Of a stretch of 46,499 nt of DNA, positions 16,541 to 24,342 are shown piece by piece (position 1 is the first letter of the stretch; each line of letters starts with the position of its first letter). The notes below the pieces were generated by a model, which saw only the letters and a list, made by a program, of their open reading frames with translations, ran no database searches and had not been told where the DNA came from. Both the position numbers and the translations under genes were made by a program. This stretch comes from an uncultured Candidatus Saccharibacteria bacterium (lineage in GTDB: Bacteria > Patescibacteriota > Minisyncoccia > JAHISW01 > Tagabacteraceae), in assembly GCA_964601305.1 (NCBI GenBank), contig CAZRMW010000006.1:1-46499 (forward strand). The letters are read 5' to 3'.

Positions 16541-17014
16541 ATGAATCCAGAAAGTGGTTTTTCTTTTCTTTCAGGTAAAACTGATTTTAGTTTTAATAGT
16601 AGAGTAGGAAGCTACAGAACTCCGCCTCATAAACCACCTAATGAATTTCAAAAGTTAAGAAATATTGCCAAAGAGATTGACAATGTAGAAATTTCGATTA
16701 AAACAGAGGATATTATAGCAATTTCAAAAAGAGTAAAAACTTTGTTAAAAGAAACTGATTCAACAACGATTAAACATCGCTTCGAAAGAGTAAAAAAATC
16801 CTCCAAAAATCTTTTAAGAGCCTTCCTGAAATTAAGCTTAAGAAATCGTAAAAACAGAAAAGTAAAAATGCTCGAAGATCTTTCATATGTAGAAAAAGAA
16901 ATAACATCTTGTGAAAATTTGTTAGCCGATATAAAACGTACAAATGAATTGCATCAGTTTGATGTGGAGTCAAGATTTGTAAGAGCGGTAATGTTTCCTG
17001 CACAACAAACATAA
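16541..17014 (+). CDS. Hypothetical protein, 157 aa.
   Basis: Good RBS (ggagaaagggg). A terminator follows. Confidence 0.4.
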   Translation: MNPESGFSFLSGKTDFSFNSRVGSYRTPPHKPPNEFQKLRNIAKEIDNVEISIKTEDIIAISKRVKTLLKETDSTTIKHRFERVKKSSKNLLRAFLKLSLRNRKNRKVKMLEDLSYVEKEITSCENLLADIKRTNELHQFDVESRFVRAVMFPAQQT

Positions 17015-17024
17015 AGAATGGTAG

Positions 17025-17062
17025 CCCCCAAGCATTGTGAATCTTTGCTTGGGGATTTTTTT
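17025..17062 (+). terminator. Rho-independent terminator.
   Basis: ccccaagca...tgcttgggg followed by a T7 run. Confidence 0.65.
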
Positions 17063-17738
17063 ATGGTAAATTATCAAATTTTGCTAGACCACGAATCCAT
17101 CCCTTCAATTTATTAACATCCTTCACTCCATTTATAGATATACGGCATGTACCAAACGGTAATGTCTTTTTTCTTCTTTTTCCTTTACTTGCAGAACTAA
17201 CCTGATAAAGAGTTTTTTCAAATATATCTTCGGGAATCGATGTAATTTTCGACCAATATTTTCTAGCCTCTTTTTCTTTTATATTAGGATGAATTTGTAT
17301 ACCAATTTTTATTCTATCTTCTTTAATTTTCATAATATCTCTAAAGAATTTCATCATTAAGATAATCATTAGGGGGTCAGAATTTACAAAAAATATTTTC
17401 CATCTATCAACCTTAGACCCTTCTGCCCAATGAAGTGCCGAGCCCACTAACAAAAGTTCTCTATCAGAAAGTTTTCCTATGTCCTTCATGGCATTTTCTT
17501 TTTCTTCTTCGGTTTGCTTTGCAATATGCTTTGCTCTCTTTTTATTATATTTTGTTATGTTTTTTGACCAAATTCTTTTATTTTTTGAGCATATATCCTT
17601 CAGAAAATCAGTGGGCCATTTTTCTCTTCTAAACCAAGAGGAAAGGGTGCTTTTTGGAACACCAAGTTTAGTAGAAATTTCGTTATAACTTTTACCAGAA
17701 AGTCTTAAAGAAATAGCTTTTTTCTTATCTTTTCGCAT
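17061..17738 (-). CDS. HTH-domain protein with a LAGLIDADG-like homing-endonuclease-like core. It is free-standing, not inside an intron.
   Basis: N-terminal SYNEISTKLGVPKSTLSSW helix-turn-helix. LLLVGSALHWAEGSK and GTCRISINGVKDV resemble LAGLIDADG half-motifs. Confidence 0.4.
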   Translation of the reverse strand: MRKDKKKAISLRLSGKSYNEISTKLGVPKSTLSSWFRREKWPTDFLKDICSKNKRIWSKNITKYNKKRAKHIAKQTEEEKENAMKDIGKLSDRELLLVGSALHWAEGSKVDRWKIFFVNSDPLMIILMMKFFRDIMKIKEDRIKIGIQIHPNIKEKEARKYWSKITSIPEDIFEKTLYQVSSASKGKRRKKTLPFGTCRISINGVKDVNKLKGWIRGLAKFDNLP

Positions 17739-17886
17739 GTTTATATTGTACTAATGACGTTGGTTATAATTTTATAATACCATCAATACAAGACAAAAAC
17801 AACGACCTAATTAGACCGTTATTTTTGCACACAAGTGCGGAATAGTAGAAAACGTTAGAACCTGTTTCTAAGGCAAAATAAAAAAA

Positions 17887-19053
17887 TTATATTTTACCCA
17901 TAAATTTTTTTAAAACAAATTGTTCAAAGTTCTCTGTTTTGTCCGAACGAATTAAATATTCTTGATAAAGCTCGAAAATTATATCGCGCAACTGATTTTT
18001 TTCAAATTTTTCAAAATATTCTCGGGGCCTATCTTTAAAATCTCCAAGAGTTGTTATACCCAATCCTTCACACCTTACTCTCAATCTTTCGCTTTCCAAT
18101 AAGTACTGTTGAAATTCTGCTTCACTTAACTCGGCAGTTTTTTGCTCAAAATCTTCGAATGTTTGAGGTTTTTCGCCCTTTTTAACAACATCGTTGAATG
18201 TTCTTACGAATTCCTCACACAATAAACTAAAATGTCCTTCGCCATAGTCTTGCTTGAGCTTGTTGCTCGCTAATTGAGATATTTTCTCTCTCTGCTCATC
18301 AGTTAAACGCCGTGAAAGTTTTTCAACGATTGGATTAACAATACCGTGCAGAAATTCATGATCCTGGTTATCTATATTCTCAATATGAGATATTATCACT
18401 TGCTCGTCTCCAAGAGAAAAACTTCTACCAGAATTCTTTTTATATAACGGATCGGTTGGTACAAAATTGACCTTTCTTACTAGAGTTGTAGCTGAGTCCG
18501 GTTTAAAAAAGTCTATTAACATCTCGATTCTTTTTCGAGTTTCTTTTAAATTCTCTAATCTATTATCTTTATCTTGCTCTGTCCATTCGCGGAATTTATC
18601 TTCCAAAAGAGATGAAGAAAATGACTGGTCAAACGATTTTAGGACATCAAGAATTGTTTGAAGGGCTTCGCGTGGGTTTTTAACATGAGGTTTATATTTT
18701 TCTGCCATCTTTAAAATCTTTTCTATTCTCTCTGGGTGTTCATAAACAAGCGCGGCATTATATAGAGTTTCTTCATCAACGCCGTTTTCTTGTAGTTTCT
18801 GTAGTGATTCTTTAATATCAGAACTAAGTGGATTTTCTTTAAAATATTCATCAGTTTCCTTTGCCAGTGGATGTTCGGTCTCTCCCCATTCTGGATTTTG
18901 AGCTTTTAATATTAAAGAAAAAAGTTGTGCCCCATGTTCTTCTTCTACAACAATATCGGGGGTTTTCATGGATTCGAAATTTGGTTCTTTTTCTGAATTT
19001 TCTGATACCTCGATTTTTTCACCAGTAAATAAATATTTTTCGGGATTTTTCAT
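17887..19053 (-). CDS. Hypothetical acidic protein, 388 aa, with an HExxH motif (DHEFLHGIVNP).
   Basis: ORF bracketed by GTTAGAACCTG repeats. No family recognised. Confidence 0.4.
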   Translation of the reverse strand: MKNPEKYLFTGEKIEVSENSEKEPNFESMKTPDIVVEEEHGAQLFSLILKAQNPEWGETEHPLAKETDEYFKENPLSSDIKESLQKLQENGVDEETLYNAALVYEHPERIEKILKMAEKYKPHVKNPREALQTILDVLKSFDQSFSSSLLEDKFREWTEQDKDNRLENLKETRKRIEMLIDFFKPDSATTLVRKVNFVPTDPLYKKNSGRSFSLGDEQVIISHIENIDNQDHEFLHGIVNPIVEKLSRRLTDEQREKISQLASNKLKQDYGEGHFSLLCEEFVRTFNDVVKKGEKPQTFEDFEQKTAELSEAEFQQYLLESERLRVRCEGLGITTLGDFKDRPREYFEKFEKNQLRDIIFELYQEYLIRSDKTENFEQFVLKKFMGKI

Positions 19054-19262
19054 AATCTAATTTTACAACAAAATCACTATAATGCATATTTGGTTAGAAC
19101 CTGTATCAAAAACTCAAAAAGTGTTTGTTTACAACACGAAACCTCTTTTCTCTACACATGACTTCCACTCTCCTCTCATCACACCAGCCATCGTTAGAAC
19201 CTGCTCGCTTTGTTGGCACTCCAACGCTTGAGAGGTGCTTTTCAGTCGCATTTCTACTATTG

Positions 19263-19335
19263 TGCCGCGGAGTGGAATCGAACCACCGACCTTCTCTTTT
19301 TCAGAGAGACGCTGCTACCACTGAGCTACCACGGC
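19263..19335 (-). tRNA. tRNA-Phe (anticodon GAA).
   Basis: Acceptor gccgtgg/ccgcggc, anticodon loop ctgaaaa, T-arm ggtgg-ttcgatt-ccact. The D-stem has 3 bp plus a mismatch. Confidence 0.75.
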
Positions 19336-19355
19336 TCACTTGGACTAAATTAGCT

Positions 19356-19664
19356 TTAGTTCTCAAAAAATGTTTGAAGTTTATCTAGCACACTAGGAGG
19401 TAAGTCTCCTACACCACTGCCAGTTTGCCTTAAAACAGAAAAATCTTCTCTTATTTGCCCTGCTGCTTCAAAGAAGGTCTCCATAAGTGGCTGTATATAA
19501 TAGTAAGCACCTAGTGCCAAGGCTATTATTATTACCCACTTAAAGACCATAAAAAATCGACTTATCTTCTGATTCCTTCTAATCTTCTTTAAGATAGTAG
19601 AAGATTCTTGAGAAATTTCAAGGTTTTGCTTTAATAATTTTTTTATTTCTTTAAAATCATCCAT
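19356..19664 (-). CDS. Small membrane protein, 102 aa.
   Basis: ORF with one central TM helix. Confidence 0.35.
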   Translation of the reverse strand: MDDFKEIKKLLKQNLEISQESSTILKKIRRNQKISRFFMVFKWVIIIALALGAYYYIQPLMETFFEAAGQIREDFSVLRQTGSGVGDLPPSVLDKLQTFFEN

Positions 19665-19738
19665 ACACGTATTATCTCAAATTTTTTACCAATTTACCAC
19701 AACAAAACATCCATTAAGGATGTTCCATTGTTTCGATG

Positions 19739-19812
19739 TGGGCGATGAGGGACTCGAACCCCCGACTTCTTCGGTGTAAACGAAGCGCTCTAGCCAACTG
19801 AGCTAATCGCCC
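19739..19812 (-). tRNA. tRNA-Val (anticodon TAC).
   Basis: gggcgat...tagctcagttggctagagc, anticodon loop tttacac, T-arm ttcgagtcc. Confidence 0.85.
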
Positions 19813-19854
19813 CCACACACAAATATATTATATTAAATTCTCAAAACTCTCTAG

Positions 19855-19926
19855 TCTCCCCGGAGGGAATCGAACCCCCATTTAGGGCTTAGAAGGCCCT
19901 CGTTCTATCCGTTGAACTACAGGGAG
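19855..19926 (-). tRNA. tRNA-Arg (anticodon TCT).
   Basis: Acceptor ctccctg/cggggag, D-stem gttc/gaac, anticodon loop cttctaa, T-arm ttcgatt. Confidence 0.8.
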
Positions 19927-20192
19927 GGGTCTTTTATTACAACTCCTTTAAGCAATAATTCATCAAAAAGATTTTCTTTTTCATTTATTCTAAATGTTGT
20001 TTTTTCATACAAATCTTTTTCAAGCACAACTGCTTCAAAATCAATACTTGCATTTATAGCATCTAGGTCTTTCTTTATCAAACCCAAAGAAACAACATTT
20101 AAAACCAATATTACTACAAAAACCACAAAGAAAGCAACTACTAAAAAATTCCAAGCAAAAATATTATTAAATTTTATTTTTTTAAAATTCAT
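19917..20192 (-). CDS. Small membrane protein, 91 aa. Its 3' end overlaps the tRNA-Arg 5' end by 10 nt.
   Basis: ORF with an N-terminal TM helix. Confidence 0.3.
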   Translation of the reverse strand: MNFKKIKFNNIFAWNFLVVAFFVVFVVILVLNVVSLGLIKKDLDAINASIDFEAVVLEKDLYEKTTFRINEKENLFDELLLKGVVIKDPSL

Positions 20193-20309
20193 CCCGTACG
20201 AAATAGAGAATCAAAGATTCTCGTTTATTAATCTAATAATTTGATTGAACATAATTTTATTTGTTTAATTTTTAGATTATATATTAAAAAGCTAGAATTT
20301 CGTACGGGA

Positions 20310-20855
20310 TTAATCATTTGTTGTAAAGCTCAAAAATTTTAATTCTAAACTTGCTTCCCATCCGTTAATACCCCTATCTCCTTGAAGATAGACTTTATTG
20401 AAGCTAAATTGATAAATGTCGTTTTCCAACATAGAAATCATTTTATAAATATTTCCAAAAGACCCAGTGACTAATAAATCAAACACGGGGCTTTGCCCTA
20501 ATTGGTTTGTAATATTTATTCTGTTTATTTTTATATCCACATCAGCCTGACTGGCAAGCCACTCAACTCTTTTTATTAAATCTATTATGTTTTCTTCGTT
20601 TAAAAATATCTTCTTTATCTTTTTTCTATTTTCTTCAGTCTTCAGTCTTTCTTTGTTTGTTTTCCTTATATTTTCTATTTTGTTTTCATAAAAAGCAAGA
20701 TCTTTTTTGATTGAATCAAATATAGTTTTTTGAGAACTAAATTTTTTAAAAGAAAAATACACGCCAAAAATTAATGCCAAGTTTATAAGAACTACCGCCA
20801 CAACACTTACTATAAATTTTGTTTTTTCGTTGCTTATTTTCATATTAAAACTCAA
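20310..20855 (-). CDS. pilO: PilO-like type IV pilus assembly protein.
   Basis: Single N-terminal TM helix plus coiled coil. It sits downstream of and overlapping pilN, which is the conserved operon position. Confidence 0.5.
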   Translation of the reverse strand: MSFNMKISNEKTKFIVSVVAVVLINLALIFGVYFSFKKFSSQKTIFDSIKKDLAFYENKIENIRKTNKERLKTEENRKKIKKIFLNEENIIDLIKRVEWLASQADVDIKINRINITNQLGQSPVFDLLVTGSFGNIYKMISMLENDIYQFSFNKVYLQGDRGINGWEASLELKFLSFTTND

Positions 20856-21384
20856 TGGTAATTGAAAAATCTAAATTTCTTTCTTTAAGAAGATTTGAGA
20901 CTGGAGATTCTATCGATTCAAAATATTCTTTTTTCCTTAATTTGTCGAGAAAAGAAACAAAAACATCTCTCGTCTGAGCCGTGCCTATTATCAACATTCT
21001 AGCTGAATCGTTTTTGTTTGGTCCATCAAAAAGCATCTTTTTGACTTTGATAGAGCTTGGTACATTTACTAAAACATTGTTAATTTTTTCTGAAGCTAAA
21101 ACCAACTTTTTCTCATTTTTATTGAATTCTTTTAATAAATTATTCAGCCCCTTTGTTTCTTTCTCAAAAAAAACTAGGCCCTTTTTTTCTGCGAGCTTTT
21201 TTGTAGAAAAAAGCTGATCGTCAATATTCTCTACAGATGAATTTATAAAAAAATAAGAAACAAACGAAAAAATTATTTGAACGCACAGTAAAAAAGAAAT
21301 AGCTATGCCAAAGACAACAAAAAACCTCCTAAAAAACTCCTTTTTTGTCTTTTTTTGTCTTTCTCTTGGGATCAAATTTGCCAT
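20845..21384 (-). CDS. pilN: PilN-like type IV pilus assembly protein.
   Basis: Bitopic protein immediately after pilM. Confidence 0.5.
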   Translation of the reverse strand: MANLIPRERQKKTKKEFFRRFFVVFGIAISFLLCVQIIFSFVSYFFINSSVENIDDQLFSTKKLAEKKGLVFFEKETKGLNNLLKEFNKNEKKLVLASEKINNVLVNVPSSIKVKKMLFDGPNKNDSARMLIIGTAQTRDVFVSFLDKLRKKEYFESIESPVSNLLKERNLDFSITIEF

Positions 21385-21390
21385 AAAAGA

Positions 21391-22479
21391 TTATTTAAAA
21401 TTTCTTAATGCTAAGCCTATTGCAGTAGGGAAAGATAAAGATTCTCTGTGTTTTATTTCTGGAATATATTTATCAAACGAAAAAATATTTGTCCAAACAT
21501 TTGCAATCTCAATTGGAGTATTTAAACCATAAGACAAATATTCCACCAAACCTCTCATATTAGAATCTCCTCCACAAAGAATAATTTTTTTTATTTTTTT
21601 ATTTTTAAAACCCTGTTCATTAGAATAGCTCTCCCAATAATCCATTACTTGTTTTATTTCATCTTTTATAACAGATATCACTGGGAAAATAGCATTTAAA
21701 ACTGCGTCTCCTTCCGTCTTTTGTAAAACTGTTTGATACTTTATTTTTTCTGCTTCAAAAACACTTATATTTAGATTTTTAGAAATTGCATTATCTATAT
21801 GTCCGCCTGCCACGTTTACTGTAGAGCCAAATTTTACCACTCCGTCTTCTCCTGCCAAAAAACTTGTACGTGTTTTACCAAAATCCACCACCACAACTGC
21901 ATCTTTTTGTTTTTCATTAACTACAGATCTAAAAATCGAATGATTTTCAAGTTCAAAAACAACAGGAAAAAATCCTGCTTTCTCAAAAATTTCTAAATAG
22001 CTTTCAGTAATTTTTTTGGGAAAAGCGCTTAAAACAACTTCTAAAAATTCTCCATTACTTGCCCCGCTCGGCGGGGTTGAATTTACGACTTCAAAATCGT
22101 AAACGACATCTTCTGGAGAAAAAGGTATTAATTCTTCTAGTTGCAATTCTATACTGCTTCTAACTTTGGATAAATCCATTAAAGGAAGTTTAACAACTTT
22201 TATAAAAGCCTTTTCCTCTGGTAAAGAAGCTGCTATGTATTTATTTCCAGTTTCTTCTAAAATTATTTTTAGACTCTTAATAAGAGTTTCTTTGTCTCTT
22301 ATCTCTCCTTTTTCTATAGCGCTTTTTTCTATTTTTTTGCTTCCAAAATTTTTAAGCCTTGTTCCCCATGGACTGTTTTCTAATTCAATATATTTTATGC
22401 TTTTACCAGAAACATCCACTCCAAGAAGTGGGAGTCTTAAATAATCCGGCATAGGAAACAATTTAGAAAAACTTTTCAT
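21391..22479 (-). CDS. pilM: PilM (actin-like type IV pilus assembly ATPase). The start is trimmed to MKSFSK at 22479. It carries an in-frame GC-palindrome insertion (encoding PPSGAS).
   Basis: LLGVDVSGKSIKYIEL and an actin/FtsA fold pattern. A TATAAT box lies 6 nt before the ATG. Confidence 0.75.
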   Translation of the reverse strand: MKSFSKLFPMPDYLRLPLLGVDVSGKSIKYIELENSPWGTRLKNFGSKKIEKSAIEKGEIRDKETLIKSLKIILEETGNKYIAASLPEEKAFIKVVKLPLMDLSKVRSSIELQLEELIPFSPEDVVYDFEVVNSTPPSGASNGEFLEVVLSAFPKKITESYLEIFEKAGFFPVVFELENHSIFRSVVNEKQKDAVVVVDFGKTRTSFLAGEDGVVKFGSTVNVAGGHIDNAISKNLNISVFEAEKIKYQTVLQKTEGDAVLNAIFPVISVIKDEIKQVMDYWESYSNEQGFKNKKIKKIILCGGDSNMRGLVEYLSYGLNTPIEIANVWTNIFSFDKYIPEIKHRESLSFPTAIGLALRNFK

Positions 22480-22544
22480 ACTATTATTATACAACAATAA
22501 TGACCACCCTTGAATAAAAAACACTCTTTGTTATATTTAATAAT

Positions 22545-22946
22545 ATGCTAAGTATTTTCCCAGAACTTTTATCTTACAGCCAAGTGGCGCCATTTATATT
22601 TAGGGTGGTTTTAGCTCTTATTTTTATCGGTACTGGCTACTCAAAACTTTTCAAAGACTTCCAGCAAACTTCTTCTTTTTTTGAATCATTAAAAATAAAG
22701 CCAGGAAAATTTTGGGCAGTTTTTGTTGGAATAGCTGAGTTTGTTTCTGGAGTGCTTCTTCTTGTTGGTTTTCTTACGCAAATTGCCGCACTTTTAATTG
22801 CTATAATTATGTTTGTGGCTATTATAACAGCCAAGAGAGATGAAGGATTTGTGGGTGGGTATGATTTTGATCTTTTAATTTTAGTAGTAGCATTGTCTTT
22901 GTTGGTACTAGGCCCGGGAATATTTTCCATAGACTTACCTTTGTAA
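22545..22946 (+). CDS. DoxX-family membrane protein.
   Basis: Four TM helices with a DoxX-like sequence pattern. Confidence 0.5.
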   Translation: MLSIFPELLSYSQVAPFIFRVVLALIFIGTGYSKLFKDFQQTSSFFESLKIKPGKFWAVFVGIAEFVSGVLLLVGFLTQIAALLIAIIMFVAIITAKRDEGFVGGYDFDLLILVVALSLLVLGPGIFSIDLPL

Positions 22947-22951
22947 AAAAA

Positions 22952-23029
22952 GCCTTCATAGCTCAATTGCCCCGCCGAGCGGGGTAAAGTAGAGCAGCTT
23001 GCCCCGCTCGGCGGGGCGACCTCTTAAGC
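22952..23029 (+). pseudogene. Orphan 5' half of tRNA-Lys (positions 1 to about 38, up to the anticodon loop). It is split by two copies of the GC-rich palindromic repeat.
   Basis: gccttcatagctcaattg + [ccccgccgagcggggtaaa] + gtagagcagct + [tgccccgctcggcggggcga] + cctcttaag. The intact tRNA-Lys at 23277 reads gcctccatagctcaattggtagagcagctccctcttaagg. Outside the inserts there is one mismatch. Confidence 0.8.
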
Positions 23030-23032
23030 AAA

Positions 23033-23272
23033 ATGTATTACACATATATAATAAAAAGCATCGAACACAAATCTTTTTATGTAGGGATAACAAATAATCC
23101 AGAAAAAAGACTGAGAGAACACAATTCTGGCAAGGTTGAGAGTACCAGAACAAAGAAACCTTGGATATTATGGCACATTAGAAAATCAAAAAATTCAAAA
23201 GAAGCGAGAAAAGAAGAAATTTATTTAAAAAAGAAAGACAAAGAGTTCAAAGAAAAATTAAAAAATATTTAA
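23033..23272 (+). CDS. GIY-YIG nuclease-domain protein, paralogous to the one at 176..433.
   Basis: MYYTYIIKSIEHKSFYVGITNNPEKRLREHNSG. Its ATG lies 3 nt after the end of the tRNA-Lys fragment. Confidence 0.8.
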   Translation: MYYTYIIKSIEHKSFYVGITNNPEKRLREHNSGKVESTRTKKPWILWHIRKSKNSKEARKEEIYLKKKDKEFKEKLKNI

Positions 23273-23276
23273 ACAT

Positions 23277-23349
23277 GCCTCCATAGCTCAATTGGTAGAG
23301 CAGCTCCCTCTTAAGGAGTTGGTTCCAGGTTCGAGTCCTGGTGGGGGTA
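23277..23349 (+). tRNA. tRNA-Lys (anticodon CTT).
   Basis: Acceptor gcctcca/tgggggt (two G-U pairs), D-arm agctcaattggtagagc, anticodon loop ctcttaa, T-arm ccagg-ttcgagt-cctgg. Confidence 0.85.
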
Positions 23350-23351
23350 CA

Positions 23352-23551
23352 AAACAGTTTGGCCCCGATGCGTGGCATTGGGGTTTTACTGTTTTGCAGT
23401 TTCAACAGGACGAGAACCGAGGGCTGGCGAAGCGAGCTCCGATGTTACATCGGAGCGACAGCCCGAGTGGGGGTCGAGGGAGTGAGATATTTTTGGAATG
23501 TAATGAACAAAAATATCCACGAGAGTGACCGAGTCCTGGTGGGGGGTACAC
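23352..23551 (+). other. GC-rich structured segment of about 180 nt. It ends in a 21-nt direct repeat of the tRNA-Lys 3' end (cgagtcctggtggggggtaca). Candidate att-site scar and/or small ncRNA.
   Basis: Nested stems read directly, including gctccgatg/catcggagc, gggctg/cagccc and ggcccc/ggggtt. The repeat copies are at 23332-23351 and 23531-23551. Confidence 0.5.
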
Positions 23552-23671
23552 TTCAAATTTTAGCTTGTCAAAACACTTGACCTGCTTTTTTGTATATGTT
23601 AAAAATACCTAGACTAGAAACTTAACCCGTTCGCCTTAGGCGAACAGAACCTTGAAAAGGAGACTGTTGTT

Positions 23672-24298
23672 ATGAATGAATGGTGGATTACCTTAACACA
23701 AATTCAAAAAATGTTTTGGGGAATAGCTATTTTTTCCTCAATATTTTTTACAATTCAAATGATTCTTACTTTTGTTGGCCTTGATGGCCACGGTGATACT
23801 GATTTTGGACATGGTTTTGAAACAGACGGACATACCGGAGATACCCACAGTGATTCAGGTGATGAACATGGACACGATGATGGAAACAGATCTTTTACTT
23901 TTATGGGTTATTTTACCGTAAGAAATCTGGTTGCTTTTTTCCTTGGTTTTTCTTGGGGTGGACTTACTTATATAGACAATGGATTATCAAATGCATGGTC
24001 AATTATTTTGGCCGTGCTTACAGGACTGTTGTTTTCTATTATTATCATGGCCTTATTGAAGGTTTTGTCTACGCTTAAAAATGATGGAACGATGTCACTA
24101 AAAAATGCCATTGGTAAAGAAGGAATTGTCTCAATTCGTATTCCTGCCAACATGGATAAGGCCGGAAAGATCAGTATTTCTTTTCAGAACAGACTGACCG
24201 AACTTGACTCCGTCACGAAAGGAGAGGAAATAAGAAGGGGTCAAAAAATCAAAGTTATAGGAATTTCTGGAACACGACTTCTCGTAGATAAAATTTAG
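23672..24298 (+). CDS. NfeD-like membrane protein (YqiJ/YuaF type). It has an N-terminal TM helix, a His/Asp-rich loop and a C-terminal OB-fold.
   Basis: C-terminal GKEGIVSIRIPANMDKAGKISISFQNRLTELDSVTKGEEIRRGQKIKVIGISGTRLLV matches the NfeD beta-barrel. AAGGAG RBS upstream. About 50% GC. Confidence 0.7.
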   Translation: MNEWWITLTQIQKMFWGIAIFSSIFFTIQMILTFVGLDGHGDTDFGHGFETDGHTGDTHSDSGDEHGHDDGNRSFTFMGYFTVRNLVAFFLGFSWGGLTYIDNGLSNAWSIILAVLTGLLFSIIIMALLKVLSTLKNDGTMSLKNAIGKEGIVSIRIPANMDKAGKISISFQNRLTELDSVTKGEEIRRGQKIKVIGISGTRLLVDKI

Positions 24299-24342
24299 TC
24301 CTACAAAACAATCACAACAAACCACAACAAAGGAGTTAAACC

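Noticed and set aside
19125-19388. 87-aa plus-strand ORF.
   Set aside because: It completely overlaps tRNA-Phe and the GC-rich downstream region. It is a stop-poor artefact.
22951-23349. Group I intron carrying GIY-YIG inside tRNA-Lys.
   Set aside because: The downstream tRNA-Lys is complete on its own, including its 5' half. The upstream piece is therefore an orphan duplicate rather than exon 1.
23352-23551. tmRNA hypothesis for the GC-rich segment that ends in a tRNA-like 3' end.
   Set aside because: Only the last 20 nt of the tRNA are repeated (no T-stem 5' strand). There is no tag reading frame ending in an Ala-Ala stop, and no 5' GGGG acceptor partner.
23292-23580. Two ORFs (78 and 79 aa) across the tRNA-Lys 3' end and the GC-rich segment.
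   Set aside because: They overlap a tRNA and a GC-rich structured region. There is no RBS, and they arise from the low stop-codon density of GC-rich sequence.
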